DNA of 32,496 nt from a virus (Duplodnaviria > Caudoviricetes): IMG/VR virus record IMGVR_UViG_3300012940_000068, positions 1 through 32,496 of that record; one strand, written 5' to 3'. The position numbers were made by a program, and so were the translations under genes. Below, piece by piece: positions 7,480 to 16,868 of this stretch (the stretch's first letter is position 1; every line of letters starts with the position of its first letter). Under the pieces are notes generated by a model, which did no database searches, was not told where the DNA came from, and worked only from the letters and a program-made list of their open reading frames with translations.

Positions 7480-9593
7480 ACCCAATCACGCGGCTCCTAA
7501 CTAGGCTTGGGAAAGGCATGGTCGAATCCACGGGATCCCGGGCATACCCGGTTGGACCAGCGATTGTTGAGCCCTACGAGGAACGGTGGGGACACGACGA
7601 TTCGGCGTATTCGCCGTCGGAATACCTCGATTACATCGCAACATCGAACAACGTCTACACCTGCGTGACGAAGCGGGCGAATGCCATGTCGGCGCTCCCG
7701 ATCAAGGTCTACAAGGGAAAAAAGAAGGATTCGCGGAAAGAAGTCGAGACCGGATCGCTCCGTAATCTGCTCGATAGCGTTAACCCTTGGATGACTTGGG
7801 ATCGGCTGATTAACCTCACAGAGCAATATCTATGCTTATCGGGTGAGGCGTTCTGGTTCCTGGAGCGCGGACGGCGTGGCGATCAGATGCCACAGGAAAT
7901 CTGGCCCGTTCGTCCGGATATGGTGCGCATCGTTCCTGACCCGGTGAACTTCATTCGTGGGTTCCTGCTCTATCCGCAGACTGGCGGCGAGCCGATCGCC
8001 TATACGCCGGATGAAGTGATCTGGTTCCCGTACCCGAACCCGAAAGACCCATATTCCGGGTTGGCGCCACTCGCGGCCGCGCGGCTTGCCGCCGATACCG
8101 CCTCTGCGGCCATGAAGAGCAACTACGGCATCTTCAGCAATGGTACGCGGCTTGGCGGCGTGATCTCCCCCCCGGATAACACGAGCAACATCACGGACGC
8201 GCAGGCGAAGGAGCTCCAACTCCTGTTCAACAAGAAACTTCGCGGACCGGACAAAACGCACGCACTCGCCGTACTTGCCTACGCTGTGAAGTTCCAGGAA
8301 TGGACGATGACGCCGAAGGACGCGGAGTTCCTCGGCGCGCTCGATTTGACTCTGGAAGAGATTGCTCGCGCGTTTGGCATTGCGCCTGACTTGCTCGGCG
8401 GAAGTAAGCGCACCTACCAAAACGCCCCTGAAGCTCGGTACGCATTCTGGGCCGACACGATCATGTCGGAAGCCCGGTTCATCCAAAATGTCATCACCGA
8501 GCGGTTGGTGCCGATGTTTGGCGATGAAGCGGATAGCGTGGAGTTCGATTTCTCTGATGTCGACGCCATGCGCGAGAACGAGGATGCCAAATGGAAGCGC
8601 GAAATGGAGCAGATCAATACCGGGGTGCTCCTGCGCAATGAATGGCGAGCAGACAAGGGCATGCCGGATGTGGAGTGGGGCGATGTCTGGTGGACCTCGT
8701 CGACGATGACCCCGATCTCGAGTGGTGCAATTGATCTCCCCGAATCGACGCAAGCGCCACCGGCTCTAACTGAGCAAGATGGGGTAATCGTCCCCGAGCC
8801 TCGGCATCACGTCCGTGCCGTCTACGGGTCTGACGACCATGCGGCGTTGTGGAAGCGGTATATCCGCCGCATCGACCCGCTCGAACGGAAATTCGGCGAG
8901 ATGTGCGCGGACCTCATGCGCCGGCAAAAGCGAGCGGTGCTCGCCAAGCTCCGGCAACGCTCGGCGCTCTCGGTGCGGGAGGCTGCCGCGGTGTCCGACG
9001 ATCCGTTCGACCTTGCCCGGTGGAACAAGACCTTCCGCGAGACCAGCCGTCCAACCTACCTGTCGATCGTCGAAACCGTCGGGCAAGCGGCGCTTGATGA
9101 CGTAAAGGTGAGCGCCGCGTTCGACGTGCTTGACCCCAACGTCGTGCGGTTCATCGAGCGGTCGTCGCAGCGGTTTGCGCGCGAGGTCAACCAGACCACC
9201 TGGGACAAGCTACGGGCAACGCTCCAAGAGGGCGTGAAATCCGGTGAAAGCATCGACGATCTCGCCGCCCGAGTAGAAGCCACGATGGGTGAGCGCATCC
9301 GCTCCAGCGCGGAGACCATTGCCCGCACGGAAACCATCGCGGCATCGACCGGTGGCACGCTGGAGAGTTGGCGACAGAGCGGCGTTGTGGGTGGAAAAGA
9401 GTGGAATGCGACACTTGATGAACGGTGCCGCGCCAGTCACGTCGAAGCCCACGGCCAGCGAGTCGCGCTCGACGCCAATTTCGAAGTTGGTGGCGCAACC
9501 GGCCCGGGGCCGGGGCAGATGAGTGACCCATCCGAGAGCGTGAATTGCCGGTGTGTGGTGGTGCCGATCCTCGATATCGATTGGGAGGGGTAG
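7476..9593 (+). CDS. HK97-family portal protein fused to a C-terminal MuF/SPP1 gp7-like minor head domain
   Basis: Portal motifs (VYTCVTKRANAMSALP, LSGEAFW, YSGLAPL, FSNG, IARAFGI, NEWRA); C-terminal IARTE..KEW..TLDERCRASH..NCRC MuF motifs; ATGA overlap. Confidence 0.9.
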   Translation: MNPITRLLTRLGKGMVESTGSRAYPVGPAIVEPYEERWGHDDSAYSPSEYLDYIATSNNVYTCVTKRANAMSALPIKVYKGKKKDSRKEVETGSLRNLLDSVNPWMTWDRLINLTEQYLCLSGEAFWFLERGRRGDQMPQEIWPVRPDMVRIVPDPVNFIRGFLLYPQTGGEPIAYTPDEVIWFPYPNPKDPYSGLAPLAAARLAADTASAAMKSNYGIFSNGTRLGGVISPPDNTSNITDAQAKELQLLFNKKLRGPDKTHALAVLAYAVKFQEWTMTPKDAEFLGALDLTLEEIARAFGIAPDLLGGSKRTYQNAPEARYAFWADTIMSEARFIQNVITERLVPMFGDEADSVEFDFSDVDAMRENEDAKWKREMEQINTGVLLRNEWRADKGMPDVEWGDVWWTSSTMTPISSGAIDLPESTQAPPALTEQDGVIVPEPRHHVRAVYGSDDHAALWKRYIRRIDPLERKFGEMCADLMRRQKRAVLAKLRQRSALSVREAAAVSDDPFDLARWNKTFRETSRPTYLSIVETVGQAALDDVKVSAAFDVLDPNVVRFIERSSQRFAREVNQTTWDKLRATLQEGVKSGESIDDLAARVEATMGERIRSSAETIARTETIAASTGGTLESWRQSGVVGGKEWNATLDERCRASHVEAHGQRVALDANFEVGGATGPGPGQMSDPSESVNCRCVVVPILDIDWEG

Positions 9594-9595
9594 CG

Positions 9596-9907
9596 GTGGG
9601 CAAGCTGTACTGCCTGAAAGCCGATATGGGCTATGCCGAACAATTCACCGATTCGACAGCGCTACCCGATGGTGTTGTTGCGGTGTCGGGGAAGTTCGCC
9701 GCCGGTGACACGACCGAGGACGAAACGGTTTACGTGATCTATAGCCGCGGCGATGGGACGAAGCGAGTCTCTATTGGGGATTGGGTCGTCACGTCTCTGA
9801 GTGGGACACGGACCATTTTCAATAACCGGGACTTTCTCAACCTTTTCGTATTGGCGGAAACGATGATTGAGGATATCCAGGCAGCGATGGGAGATGAGGA
9901 GGCGTAA
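9596..9907 (+). CDS. Hypothetical protein (103 aa)
   Basis: GGAGG RBS, GTG start 2 nt after the portal stop. Confidence 0.7.
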   Translation: MGKLYCLKADMGYAEQFTDSTALPDGVVAVSGKFAAGDTTEDETVYVIYSRGDGTKRVSIGDWVVTSLSGTRTIFNNRDFLNLFVLAETMIEDIQAAMGDEEA

Positions 9908-9911
9908 GCTC

Positions 9912-10139
9912 ATGCACTTCATTCACCGCTACGTCACCATCGACATCTACGGGAGACGACTCTGGCAGGAGTGCCGGGTGTGTGGAAAGCAACGAGCATT
10001 CGATTTGCCATCGTCAATGCTGCACAGCGGGAATCACAACACAAGGCCACAAGGGGTGATTGGATCGCCGCCGAGCCCGAATGCGCGACGAGTTGTTACA
10101 CGATCGACAGTGGTGGATCAAAAGGCGGACGCGGCATGA
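9912..10139 (+). CDS. Small His/Cys protein (HxxH...CRVC)
   Basis: GAGGAGG RBS; ATGA overlap with the next gene. Confidence 0.6.
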   Translation: MHFIHRYVTIDIYGRRLWQECRVCGKQRAFDLPSSMLHSGNHNTRPQGVIGSPPSPNARRVVTRSTVVDQKADAA

Positions 10140-10354
10140 CCTTTGCCTCAGCAATACACCAACCAGCTCTCATCGTCACCCGCTCTGGCCGGCAATGGTG
10201 GGTCTGTCCCGAATGCAACAAGACCATCGCCGAAGTGAAGCGTGAATCGATCGTGATCGAGATGCGAAACCGGCGTTTGGTGGTATCGGGGATGGCGTAT
10301 TCGCAGGTCTGCCCCCACTGTCACGCCACGAGTGAGTACCGGCAAGCGGCGTAG
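10136..10354 (+). CDS. Com-like zinc-ribbon protein (72 aa)
   Basis: WVCPECNKTIAE...QVCPHCHATSEY; two CxxC pairs, architecture like phage Mu Com. Confidence 0.7.
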   Translation: MTFASAIHQPALIVTRSGRQWWVCPECNKTIAEVKRESIVIEMRNRRLVVSGMAYSQVCPHCHATSEYRQAA

Positions 10355-10356
10355 TG

Positions 10357-10481
10357 TATAGTGTGATCAAGACATAAGCCCACTCATCGCTGGGCGTTAC
10401 TCCTGAGCGTTCCGAGCGCTGCGATGTGTCGTCAGAGAAGGCGGCGCATCGCAGCGTTTTTGCGTTTCAGGAGTGACCTCA
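10357..10481 (+). promoter_or_regulatory. Leader A: -10 box, hairpin P1 and attenuator upstream of the protease/capsid operon
   Basis: TATAGT 10357-10362; GCCCA-CTCATCGC-TGGGC 10378-10395; homologous to 17708-17829. Confidence 0.75.
10416..10467 (+). terminator. Intrinsic terminator within leader A
   Basis: 18-bp stem (10416-10433/10440-10457, with G-U pairs), loop AGAGAA, followed by TTTTGCGTTT. Confidence 0.85.
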
Positions 10482-11510
10482 ATGCCCGAGTACATGCGGG
10501 GCTATTGCGATCGAGCCGCGGCTGGAACCGGGAAGCCGGGCACCCCGATTCGATTCGTCGCCTCAACCGAGAACGTTGGCCGCGATGGCTTGATCCTCGA
10601 TGCCGATGGCTGGGAGCTCGATAACTTCCGTGCCAATCCCGCGTTTCTCTGGGTCCACGACTACATGGGCGAGCGGATGCCGATCGGCCGCGTGATCAAT
10701 GTGGAAGTCAAAGAGCGGCAGCTCATGGCGGATGTCGAGTTCGACCAGGAAGACGACTTCGCCCTGCAGGTCGAATCCAAATACCGGCGCGGGTTCCTGA
10801 ACGCCGTTTCGGTCGGATGGGACACCAAGGAATTCGCTCCTACCGAAAACCCGAATGTTGCTGGGCGATCAACGCGCCAGGAACTCCTTGATATCTCCGC
10901 TGTCCCGATCCCCGGCGATCCGAAGGCACTCAAGGAGCGCCAGATGCGGGCGCTCAAAGCGCTCGGTACCGAAATCCTCGAACTGGCCGATGGGAGTGAT
11001 GATACGACTCCTCCATCGGCTCAACCAACCAAGCCGACTCCAACCCCTGCACCTGACGCCGCGAGGCTGACCTGGCCCGATACCGCCGCCACGATGGTGG
11101 CCCTGTATCAGCCCTTCAGCCCACGACCGGACGATGAGCGGCGCGCGGAGTACCAGAGGCTCGACCGCGAGTACAGCCGCCACGGCAAGACCTCGCCGGA
11201 GTTCAAAACCGGCGCTGAGCTTGAAGCCCTGTCGCCGGACGACATCCGGGGATTGTTCAGTGCCGGCGAGCCGGAGTTGTTCCCCGAGAAGTTTGCCGCC
11301 ATGGCGAACCGTGCCGGAGCGGTGCTTTCCCAGCGCAATCGATCGGACCTCGATAAGGCCGGATCACTGTTGATCGAAGCCAACGACCTCATCAAGGCCG
11401 TGATCGAACGCGCCCAGAAGGAAGCTGACCAGCAGGACGAGCAAGACACCGAGCGCGCGGCGCTGGCCGCGATCACCCAGTTGCGAGACAAGTTCAAAGG
11501 AGTCGCCTAG
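10482..11510 (+). CDS. HK97-family prohead protease with a C-terminal extension
   Basis: FVASTENVGRDG, FLWVHD, PIGRV, LNAVSVGW, ELLDISAVPIPGDP motifs; CAGGAG RBS. Confidence 0.92.
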   Translation: MPEYMRGYCDRAAAGTGKPGTPIRFVASTENVGRDGLILDADGWELDNFRANPAFLWVHDYMGERMPIGRVINVEVKERQLMADVEFDQEDDFALQVESKYRRGFLNAVSVGWDTKEFAPTENPNVAGRSTRQELLDISAVPIPGDPKALKERQMRALKALGTEILELADGSDDTTPPSAQPTKPTPTPAPDAARLTWPDTAATMVALYQPFSPRPDDERRAEYQRLDREYSRHGKTSPEFKTGAELEALSPDDIRGLFSAGEPELFPEKFAAMANRAGAVLSQRNRSDLDKAGSLLIEANDLIKAVIERAQKEADQQDEQDTERAALAAITQLRDKFKGVA

Positions 11511-11512
11511 TC

Positions 11513-13003
11513 ATGTCCACTACGCAGCAGTTCGAGGAAGCCGTCAAGGATATCGCCGACCAGCTCGAAGCCCTCGGGCAGGCGGTCAATCCGCAGAAGA
11601 TCGAAGAGACGGTGCGCACGGTCTTTGCCGACGTGATCAAGCAGCCGGACTTCCTGCGCAAGATGCGGTTCGGCAGTCCGGAAGAGACCAACCTGATTGC
11701 CGCGAAGTTCCGCCGCCACGGCTTCAACCAGGCGGATATCGAGTTCCTCTACGACATGCAGACCAGCCTCAAGGGGCAGCGAAACGGCGATAACGGCGCG
11801 TATCTCGGACCGTCACAGGAACTTGAGGGCGCGTTCAATGCCGTTTCGGATGCTTACTACCTCACCCAAGAGGAAGTTCGGGCCATCGACAAGCAGGCGA
11901 TCGATAACCTGTTCGCCCGCGTGCCGAAGACTCGGGCGGCACGGAAGTCGTTCTTCGCCGAATACAAACGGGCGACCGGCGCGATGGATACCGCGGAGTC
12001 CGGCTACGGATCGCAGCTCATTGGCGCCCAGTACGTCGGCGATCTGTGGGATGGAGCCCGTGCGGAGTCCCGCATCTTTGCCCTGCTCGATCAGTTCGAA
12101 ATGACAGCGCCGGTCGCGTACCTGCCCGTGGAAGCGGACCTGCCGGAAATGCTCTACGTTGGCGAGTCGACCTCCGCCAGTGCGACCAACTACGACGCCG
12201 TCATGACGGGCTCGAACCGGGTCACCGTCGATGCCAAGAAGCTGATCATCCAGCAGATCTACAGCGGCGAGATGGAAGAGGATTCCATCATTCCATACAT
12301 CCCGTTCTTGCGTCGTCAGGCTGCGCTCGCGCTCGCGCATTACAGCGATAGCCTCGTGCTGAATGGCGACACCACGAATGCGAGCACCGGCAACATCAAC
12401 CTGGATGACGCCGATCCCGCGGATACCAAGCACTACCTTGCCTACGACGGCATTCGCCACGTGGGCCTGGTTGATAACACCGCCAATGGTCTCGATGTTG
12501 CTGGTGCCGTATCGCTGAACACGTACCGCGATCTCCGTGGACTGATGATCGATCGCACCAACCTGTTCGATTGGGGGCACCCGACGAACCGTGACGACCT
12601 GGTCTTCATCACCGATACCGTGACCGGCGACCGCACGGCGCTGCTCGATGAGATCGTGGTTGCGAAGCAGATGCTCGGCGCGAATGCCGATTTGCTCAAC
12701 GGCGAGATTGCCCGCATTCTCGGTCACCCGGTGATCTCGAGCATGGCGATGGGCCTGACCGAAGCCGACGGCAAGATCAGTGCCACACCCGCCAATAACA
12801 CCAAGGGGCAGATTGCCGCGTTCAACCGCCGCGGCTTCAAGGTCGGGATGCGCCGGCGTGTGAAGTTCGAGACCGAGCGCCTCGTTCGCACCGATCAGAC
12901 CGTGCTGTCGTGGAGTCTGCGCATGGGCATGGGGCGCTTCACCGCGACCGGCAACGTTTCGGGCATCGAAAGCGCTGCCGTCGCCTACGACATCTCCCTC
13001 TAG
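11513..13003 (+). CDS. Major capsid protein (HK97 fold)
   Basis: 496 aa after the protease; N-terminal helical delta-like region, YVGE, EMEEDS, VLNGD, ILGHPV motifs. Confidence 0.9.
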   Translation: MSTTQQFEEAVKDIADQLEALGQAVNPQKIEETVRTVFADVIKQPDFLRKMRFGSPEETNLIAAKFRRHGFNQADIEFLYDMQTSLKGQRNGDNGAYLGPSQELEGAFNAVSDAYYLTQEEVRAIDKQAIDNLFARVPKTRAARKSFFAEYKRATGAMDTAESGYGSQLIGAQYVGDLWDGARAESRIFALLDQFEMTAPVAYLPVEADLPEMLYVGESTSASATNYDAVMTGSNRVTVDAKKLIIQQIYSGEMEEDSIIPYIPFLRRQAALALAHYSDSLVLNGDTTNASTGNINLDDADPADTKHYLAYDGIRHVGLVDNTANGLDVAGAVSLNTYRDLRGLMIDRTNLFDWGHPTNRDDLVFITDTVTGDRTALLDEIVVAKQMLGANADLLNGEIARILGHPVISSMAMGLTEADGKISATPANNTKGQIAAFNRRGFKVGMRRRVKFETERLVRTDQTVLSWSLRMGMGRFTATGNVSGIESAAVAYDISL

Positions 13004-13019
13004 TTACGAACGGACTCGT

Positions 13020-13043
13020 GCCCGGCGGGTCATCCCGCCGGGC
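13020..13043 (+). terminator. GC-rich hairpin after the capsid gene (mRNA-stabilising or weak terminator)
   Basis: GCCCGGCGGG-TCAT-CCCGCCGGGC 10-bp stem; no long U tract. Confidence 0.55.
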
Positions 13044-13065
13044 TTCGCCACAAGGATGAGCCGAC

Positions 13066-13491
13066 ATGAGCATGATCACGCGGGATATCAGCAAGGGCCA
13101 ACTCATTCCGCTCGTTTTCGGCCAAGACGCCGTCGCGGCATCGCAGACGGATGTTCAACTCCCGACGGCGGCCGGCGAAGGATCGCAGGCGGTCGACGGC
13201 TACGCCATGCCGTTCGACTACCAGGTCGTGGCGGTCAGCGCTTCACTCTCCGCGGCGGCAACCGCCGGGACACTGAGCATCGGCGCCACGATCAACGGCA
13301 CCGAAGCGGCGGATTCCACATTCGTCGTTACCACTGCCACTAATGCGTATCAACGTGTCTTACGGGGCAAAGCGCGTGGAGCGGCGGGGTCACGCCTGGG
13401 AGCGGAGATCACGACGAATTCCGGGTGGGATGGCACGACATCAGACCTCGTGGTGACGGTATGGGTTATTGCGTCCCTCGACGGCATTTAG
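13066..13491 (+). CDS. Putative capsid decoration/cement protein (beta-rich)
   Basis: Directly after the capsid gene; Ala/Gly/Thr-rich with alternating beta-strand pattern. Confidence 0.6.
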   Translation: MSMITRDISKGQLIPLVFGQDAVAASQTDVQLPTAAGEGSQAVDGYAMPFDYQVVAVSASLSAAATAGTLSIGATINGTEAADSTFVVTTATNAYQRVLRGKARGAAGSRLGAEITTNSGWDGTTSDLVVTVWVIASLDGI

Positions 13492-13500
13492 GAGGCTCCG

Positions 13501-13956
13501 ATGGCACGCTATCTCTTTACCCAGAACTATTCCAGCAGTTATGGTCATGGCCGTGCGGGTGACGAAATCGAGTTCTCGGCTGAAACCGCGCATGCAATCA
13601 ACCGCGACGCGCCAGGCACGCTCAAGATGGTGCGTGAAAAGCAGGACGATAGTGCCAAGCAGGTTGCACAGGCGGTCGATCGCGTTACAGAGCTTGAGGC
13701 CGAAAACGAAGCCCTCAAGACGCGGATTGCGGAACTCGAAGCCGCTACCACCCCGAGTGAAGGCGATGCGTCAGAGCACGTCGGTTCCGGCCCGTTGGGC
13801 GACGGCGACGGTGTCAATCTCGGCACGGCTGCCGTCGAGCCGGACGACGAGGATGACAAGAAAAAGAGGCGGTCTCTTGACGCGCCACCAAGCGACCGCA
13901 TGGTAAAGACGGCATCCCGTCGCGCCTCCAAAACCGCCAAGGACGATCAGGAGTAG
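13501..13956 (+). CDS. Hypothetical head-region protein with coiled coil and charged tail
   Basis: AGGAGG RBS; VTELEAENEALKTRIAELEA heptads. Confidence 0.75.
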   Translation: MARYLFTQNYSSSYGHGRAGDEIEFSAETAHAINRDAPGTLKMVREKQDDSAKQVAQAVDRVTELEAENEALKTRIAELEAATTPSEGDASEHVGSGPLGDGDGVNLGTAAVEPDDEDDKKKRRSLDAPPSDRMVKTASRRASKTAKDDQE

Positions 13957-13958
13957 CC

Positions 13959-14285
13959 ATGATCGCGACGATCGCCGAAACCGAGTCTCTCTCGAGTGTC
14001 GTTGCGCTCGACAACCTCGTCATGGTTGCGATCCAGATGCCGGATGAGTGGGATGCCGCTACCTTGACCTTTCAGGCATCGACAGACGAGCAGGGGCCAT
14101 TTACCGACATGGTCAATGCCTCCGGCGCCGCAATGGAGGCGCAAGCGGCCGCGTCGCAATGGGTAGCGTTCCTGCCGACGGACTTTTGCAGCGTGCGGTA
14201 CCTCAAAATCCGGAGCGGGACAGCAGCGGCCGCGATCGCCCAATCGGCAAACCGTGTCCTGCGCGTTGTCGCGATCACGGTGTAG
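13959..14285 (+). CDS. Hypothetical beta-sandwich virion protein (108 aa)
   Basis: CAGGAG RBS; WDAATLTFQAS..RYLKIRSG pattern. Confidence 0.7.
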   Translation: MIATIAETESLSSVVALDNLVMVAIQMPDEWDAATLTFQASTDEQGPFTDMVNASGAAMEAQAAASQWVAFLPTDFCSVRYLKIRSGTAAAAIAQSANRVLRVVAITV

Positions 14286-14298
14286 GGGGAGGGACACC

Positions 14299-14871
14299 AT
14301 GAGCTTACTCACCTCCCTCATCAGCCCGATCCAGACCCCCACCGACGCCCACATCGCGGCGATCGCGGAGGCGCGGGTGGGGGGCGAAGATCCAACGCCG
14401 TACCCGATCACGCCGGTGTCCGGCGGTTCGATTGCGGCCTGGCCGGGTGGGAATCAGGGCATTTTCGTCAAGTTCCGGCTCGGTCGCGGGCGTCATGCCG
14501 TTGGGCTCCGTGTCCCGGTCGGCACGCCATCGGGCAATGCCAAGGTCGCGCTGTATGCGTCAGATGGTACGACCGCTACACAGATCGCGCTCTCGGCATC
14601 GACGGCACTGACCGCAACGAACGATTTTCAGGAAATCCCCTTTGCGGCGGCGGTCGATCTCGTGACGTTCACGGACTATTACGGGTTTCTTGCTGTGGAT
14701 AACGCCACCGCGACGTTCTACCGGCTGACATTCGGTGCAGGCGGCATCGCGGCCGATCTCGGCTATGCCGTCATCACCAACGTCTTTACGACGCCACCGG
14801 CCACACAAACGGTGTCGGGGCTCACGACTGGTGCCGCCAGCGGCTATACCCCGGTCCTGGCGTTGTACTAG
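14299..14871 (+). CDS. Hypothetical beta-rich virion protein (190 aa)
   Basis: GGAGG RBS; GNAKVALYASDG strand pattern. Confidence 0.7.
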   Translation: MSLLTSLISPIQTPTDAHIAAIAEARVGGEDPTPYPITPVSGGSIAAWPGGNQGIFVKFRLGRGRHAVGLRVPVGTPSGNAKVALYASDGTTATQIALSASTALTATNDFQEIPFAAAVDLVTFTDYYGFLAVDNATATFYRLTFGAGGIAADLGYAVITNVFTTPPATQTVSGLTTGAASGYTPVLALY

Positions 14872-14873
14872 CC

Positions 14874-16490
14874 ATGAGTGATGGTCCGTCCAATGCCCTC
14901 ATCCGCGAGCTCTCCAGGCGGGCGGCACTCATCCCGCAGCAGCGTGGGATCGTGACGCCGAATCCGGGGAGCGTGCGCATCCGCCCATTACCGGGCGTCA
15001 TGGCGGACCCGCCGACCGTGACCACCCCGGCCGGCAACACGGCATCGGCGATTACGACCCTCAACGGCGCGGTCGGGGCCGGTATCGATCTCGCGTCCAC
15101 GATTGGCGATAACGGCACCGCAACCTCCGCCACGAGCACGACGCTCACGCAGACCGGCAAAAATTGGGGGACGGCGAATCAGTACCGCGGCTACGATGTC
15201 ACGATCTGGTCAGGCACCGGGGCCGGGCAAATCCGTACCATCGCCTCGCACACGGCCGATACCCTGACCGTCGATGACCCATGGGACGTGACTCCCGACA
15301 ACACGAGCGTCTACGGCTTCTGGAATGTGCGCAAACACCGCGATTGGTCCTACCGGCACGCCGACATGATCGTGCATATCGCCAACCCGGCCACGTCGGG
15401 CTTTACCACCAACCGGGGTGATGTCAATTCCACCGTGCGGGCCGATACGCTGCCGATCGGGAGTGGCCGGTACTGGATTTGCTTTACCCACTGGGGCGAC
15501 CAATTTGAGATTCGTCACCGGGGCGCGGTCGGCAATCAGTTTCGGATCATGGTTGATAACAACTACGTGCAGTACACCCCGTACGCCTCAACGTCCGGCG
15601 ACAACCTGATCTACCGCACCCGCGTGGACTTCGCCAACGGCGAGACCGATGCCGCCACGCGGGCGACGTTCCGGGCGATGCGCAACATCGTCATCGAGTG
15701 CGCGGCGTCGTTCTCGTTCATGGGGCTGACGATCGGGCCAACGGACTCCGTATGGGCGCCGACCGACCCGACGACGCCAAAAGCGGTGATGATGACCGAC
15801 TCGTACGGCAACACCGGCAGCCTAGCAGTCTTTACCGCGTTCGGCGACACCCTCGCCAAGTTGCTCGGCATTCCGTGGATGCAGATCACCCCGGCGGGCG
15901 GGACCGGCTACGTCGCCACGAACGGCGGGACCTCGCCGACCTTTGTCGAGCGGTATCAAGCCGATATTGTCGATCGCGATCCCGACATCGTGTTCATCTA
16001 CGGCAGCCAGAATGACGGGGGGCTCGCCGGGATTTACACCGCCGCCCGAACCGTTCACGCGGGCGTACGGGCCGGTGTCGGGGCGACCGTCCCGGTCATC
16101 GTGTTCGGGCCATCGCCCGTCACCGGCGGTCCGGGTGCGACCACGATCCTGAGCCGTGACGACAACATGCGGGCCGGTCTCGATTCCCTCGCCGCCGGGG
16201 ACATTAATTTCTACGTGGACATCTTCGGCGGTCCGTATCCGTACTCGGGATCAACGAGCGATTACGTTGGCACCGGGCTGATTCGAGGCTTCGGCATCAA
16301 GAACACGCCGACCCATTCGGGGAACCGTGACGATTACTACGGGGGCACCACGGGCAGCGATAACAGCCATCCGACCCAGGACGGTCATGATGCCTATGCG
16401 TACTTCTACGCTCACGCCTTCTCGGAGTGGGTTGACGCCGGATGCCCGCAGGCGTACTGGCAGCCTGGTCGCGGGCTCGTGGTGGTGTAG
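14874..16490 (+). CDS. SGNH/GDSL hydrolase-domain virion protein with an N-terminal beta module
   Basis: Block I variant MTDSY, block II AGGTG, block III GSQND, block V DNSHP. Confidence 0.8.
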   Translation: MSDGPSNALIRELSRRAALIPQQRGIVTPNPGSVRIRPLPGVMADPPTVTTPAGNTASAITTLNGAVGAGIDLASTIGDNGTATSATSTTLTQTGKNWGTANQYRGYDVTIWSGTGAGQIRTIASHTADTLTVDDPWDVTPDNTSVYGFWNVRKHRDWSYRHADMIVHIANPATSGFTTNRGDVNSTVRADTLPIGSGRYWICFTHWGDQFEIRHRGAVGNQFRIMVDNNYVQYTPYASTSGDNLIYRTRVDFANGETDAATRATFRAMRNIVIECAASFSFMGLTIGPTDSVWAPTDPTTPKAVMMTDSYGNTGSLAVFTAFGDTLAKLLGIPWMQITPAGGTGYVATNGGTSPTFVERYQADIVDRDPDIVFIYGSQNDGGLAGIYTAARTVHAGVRAGVGATVPVIVFGPSPVTGGPGATTILSRDDNMRAGLDSLAAGDINFYVDIFGGPYPYSGSTSDYVGTGLIRGFGIKNTPTHSGNRDDYYGGTTGSDNSHPTQDGHDAYAYFYAHAFSEWVDAGCPQAYWQPGRGLVVV

Positions 16491-16499
16491 GAGGCAGGG

Positions 16500-16868
16500 A
16501 TGGTCGATGCAGTGGTCAACGTTCCATATCGATTCTGGATCATTGATCTTCAAGATCTCGATGGGAATCCAATTGTTGGGGCAACGTGGGACACCTCGGG
16601 CTGCACCAATACCGATGAGGCCGTGATCACCAGTCCAGACAATGACAGCGATTACCTCGTAACCATCACAGCAGCAGCGACGGGAGCGTGGAAATTCAAA
16701 GCGATCCCCAATGACGAACCGTTGCTGATGCAGGCACGCACGATTCAGGTAGGGACCGACTCCGCCGCCGCCCTCCTCGCCGCGCCGGTGGCGGGGTATG
16801 GCGCGGGGACGGTGGGGTACAGCATCGAGGCAACCTTCAAGCGGCCGATCAGGGCAGGTGATGTATGA
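16500..16868 (+). CDS. Hypothetical Ig-like virion protein (122 aa)
   Basis: AGGAGG RBS; beta-rich; ATGA overlap with the next gene. Confidence 0.7.
   Translation: MVDAVVNVPYRFWIIDLQDLDGNPIVGATWDTSGCTNTDEAVITSPDNDSDYLVTITAAATGAWKFKAIPNDEPLLMQARTIQVGTDSAAALLAAPVAGYGAGTVGYSIEATFKRPIRAGDV

Noticed and set aside
10378-10467. Leaders A/B as tRNA, tmRNA or a known riboswitch class
   Set aside because: No cloverleaf or T-loop and no consensus I recognise; an Rfam search is still needed
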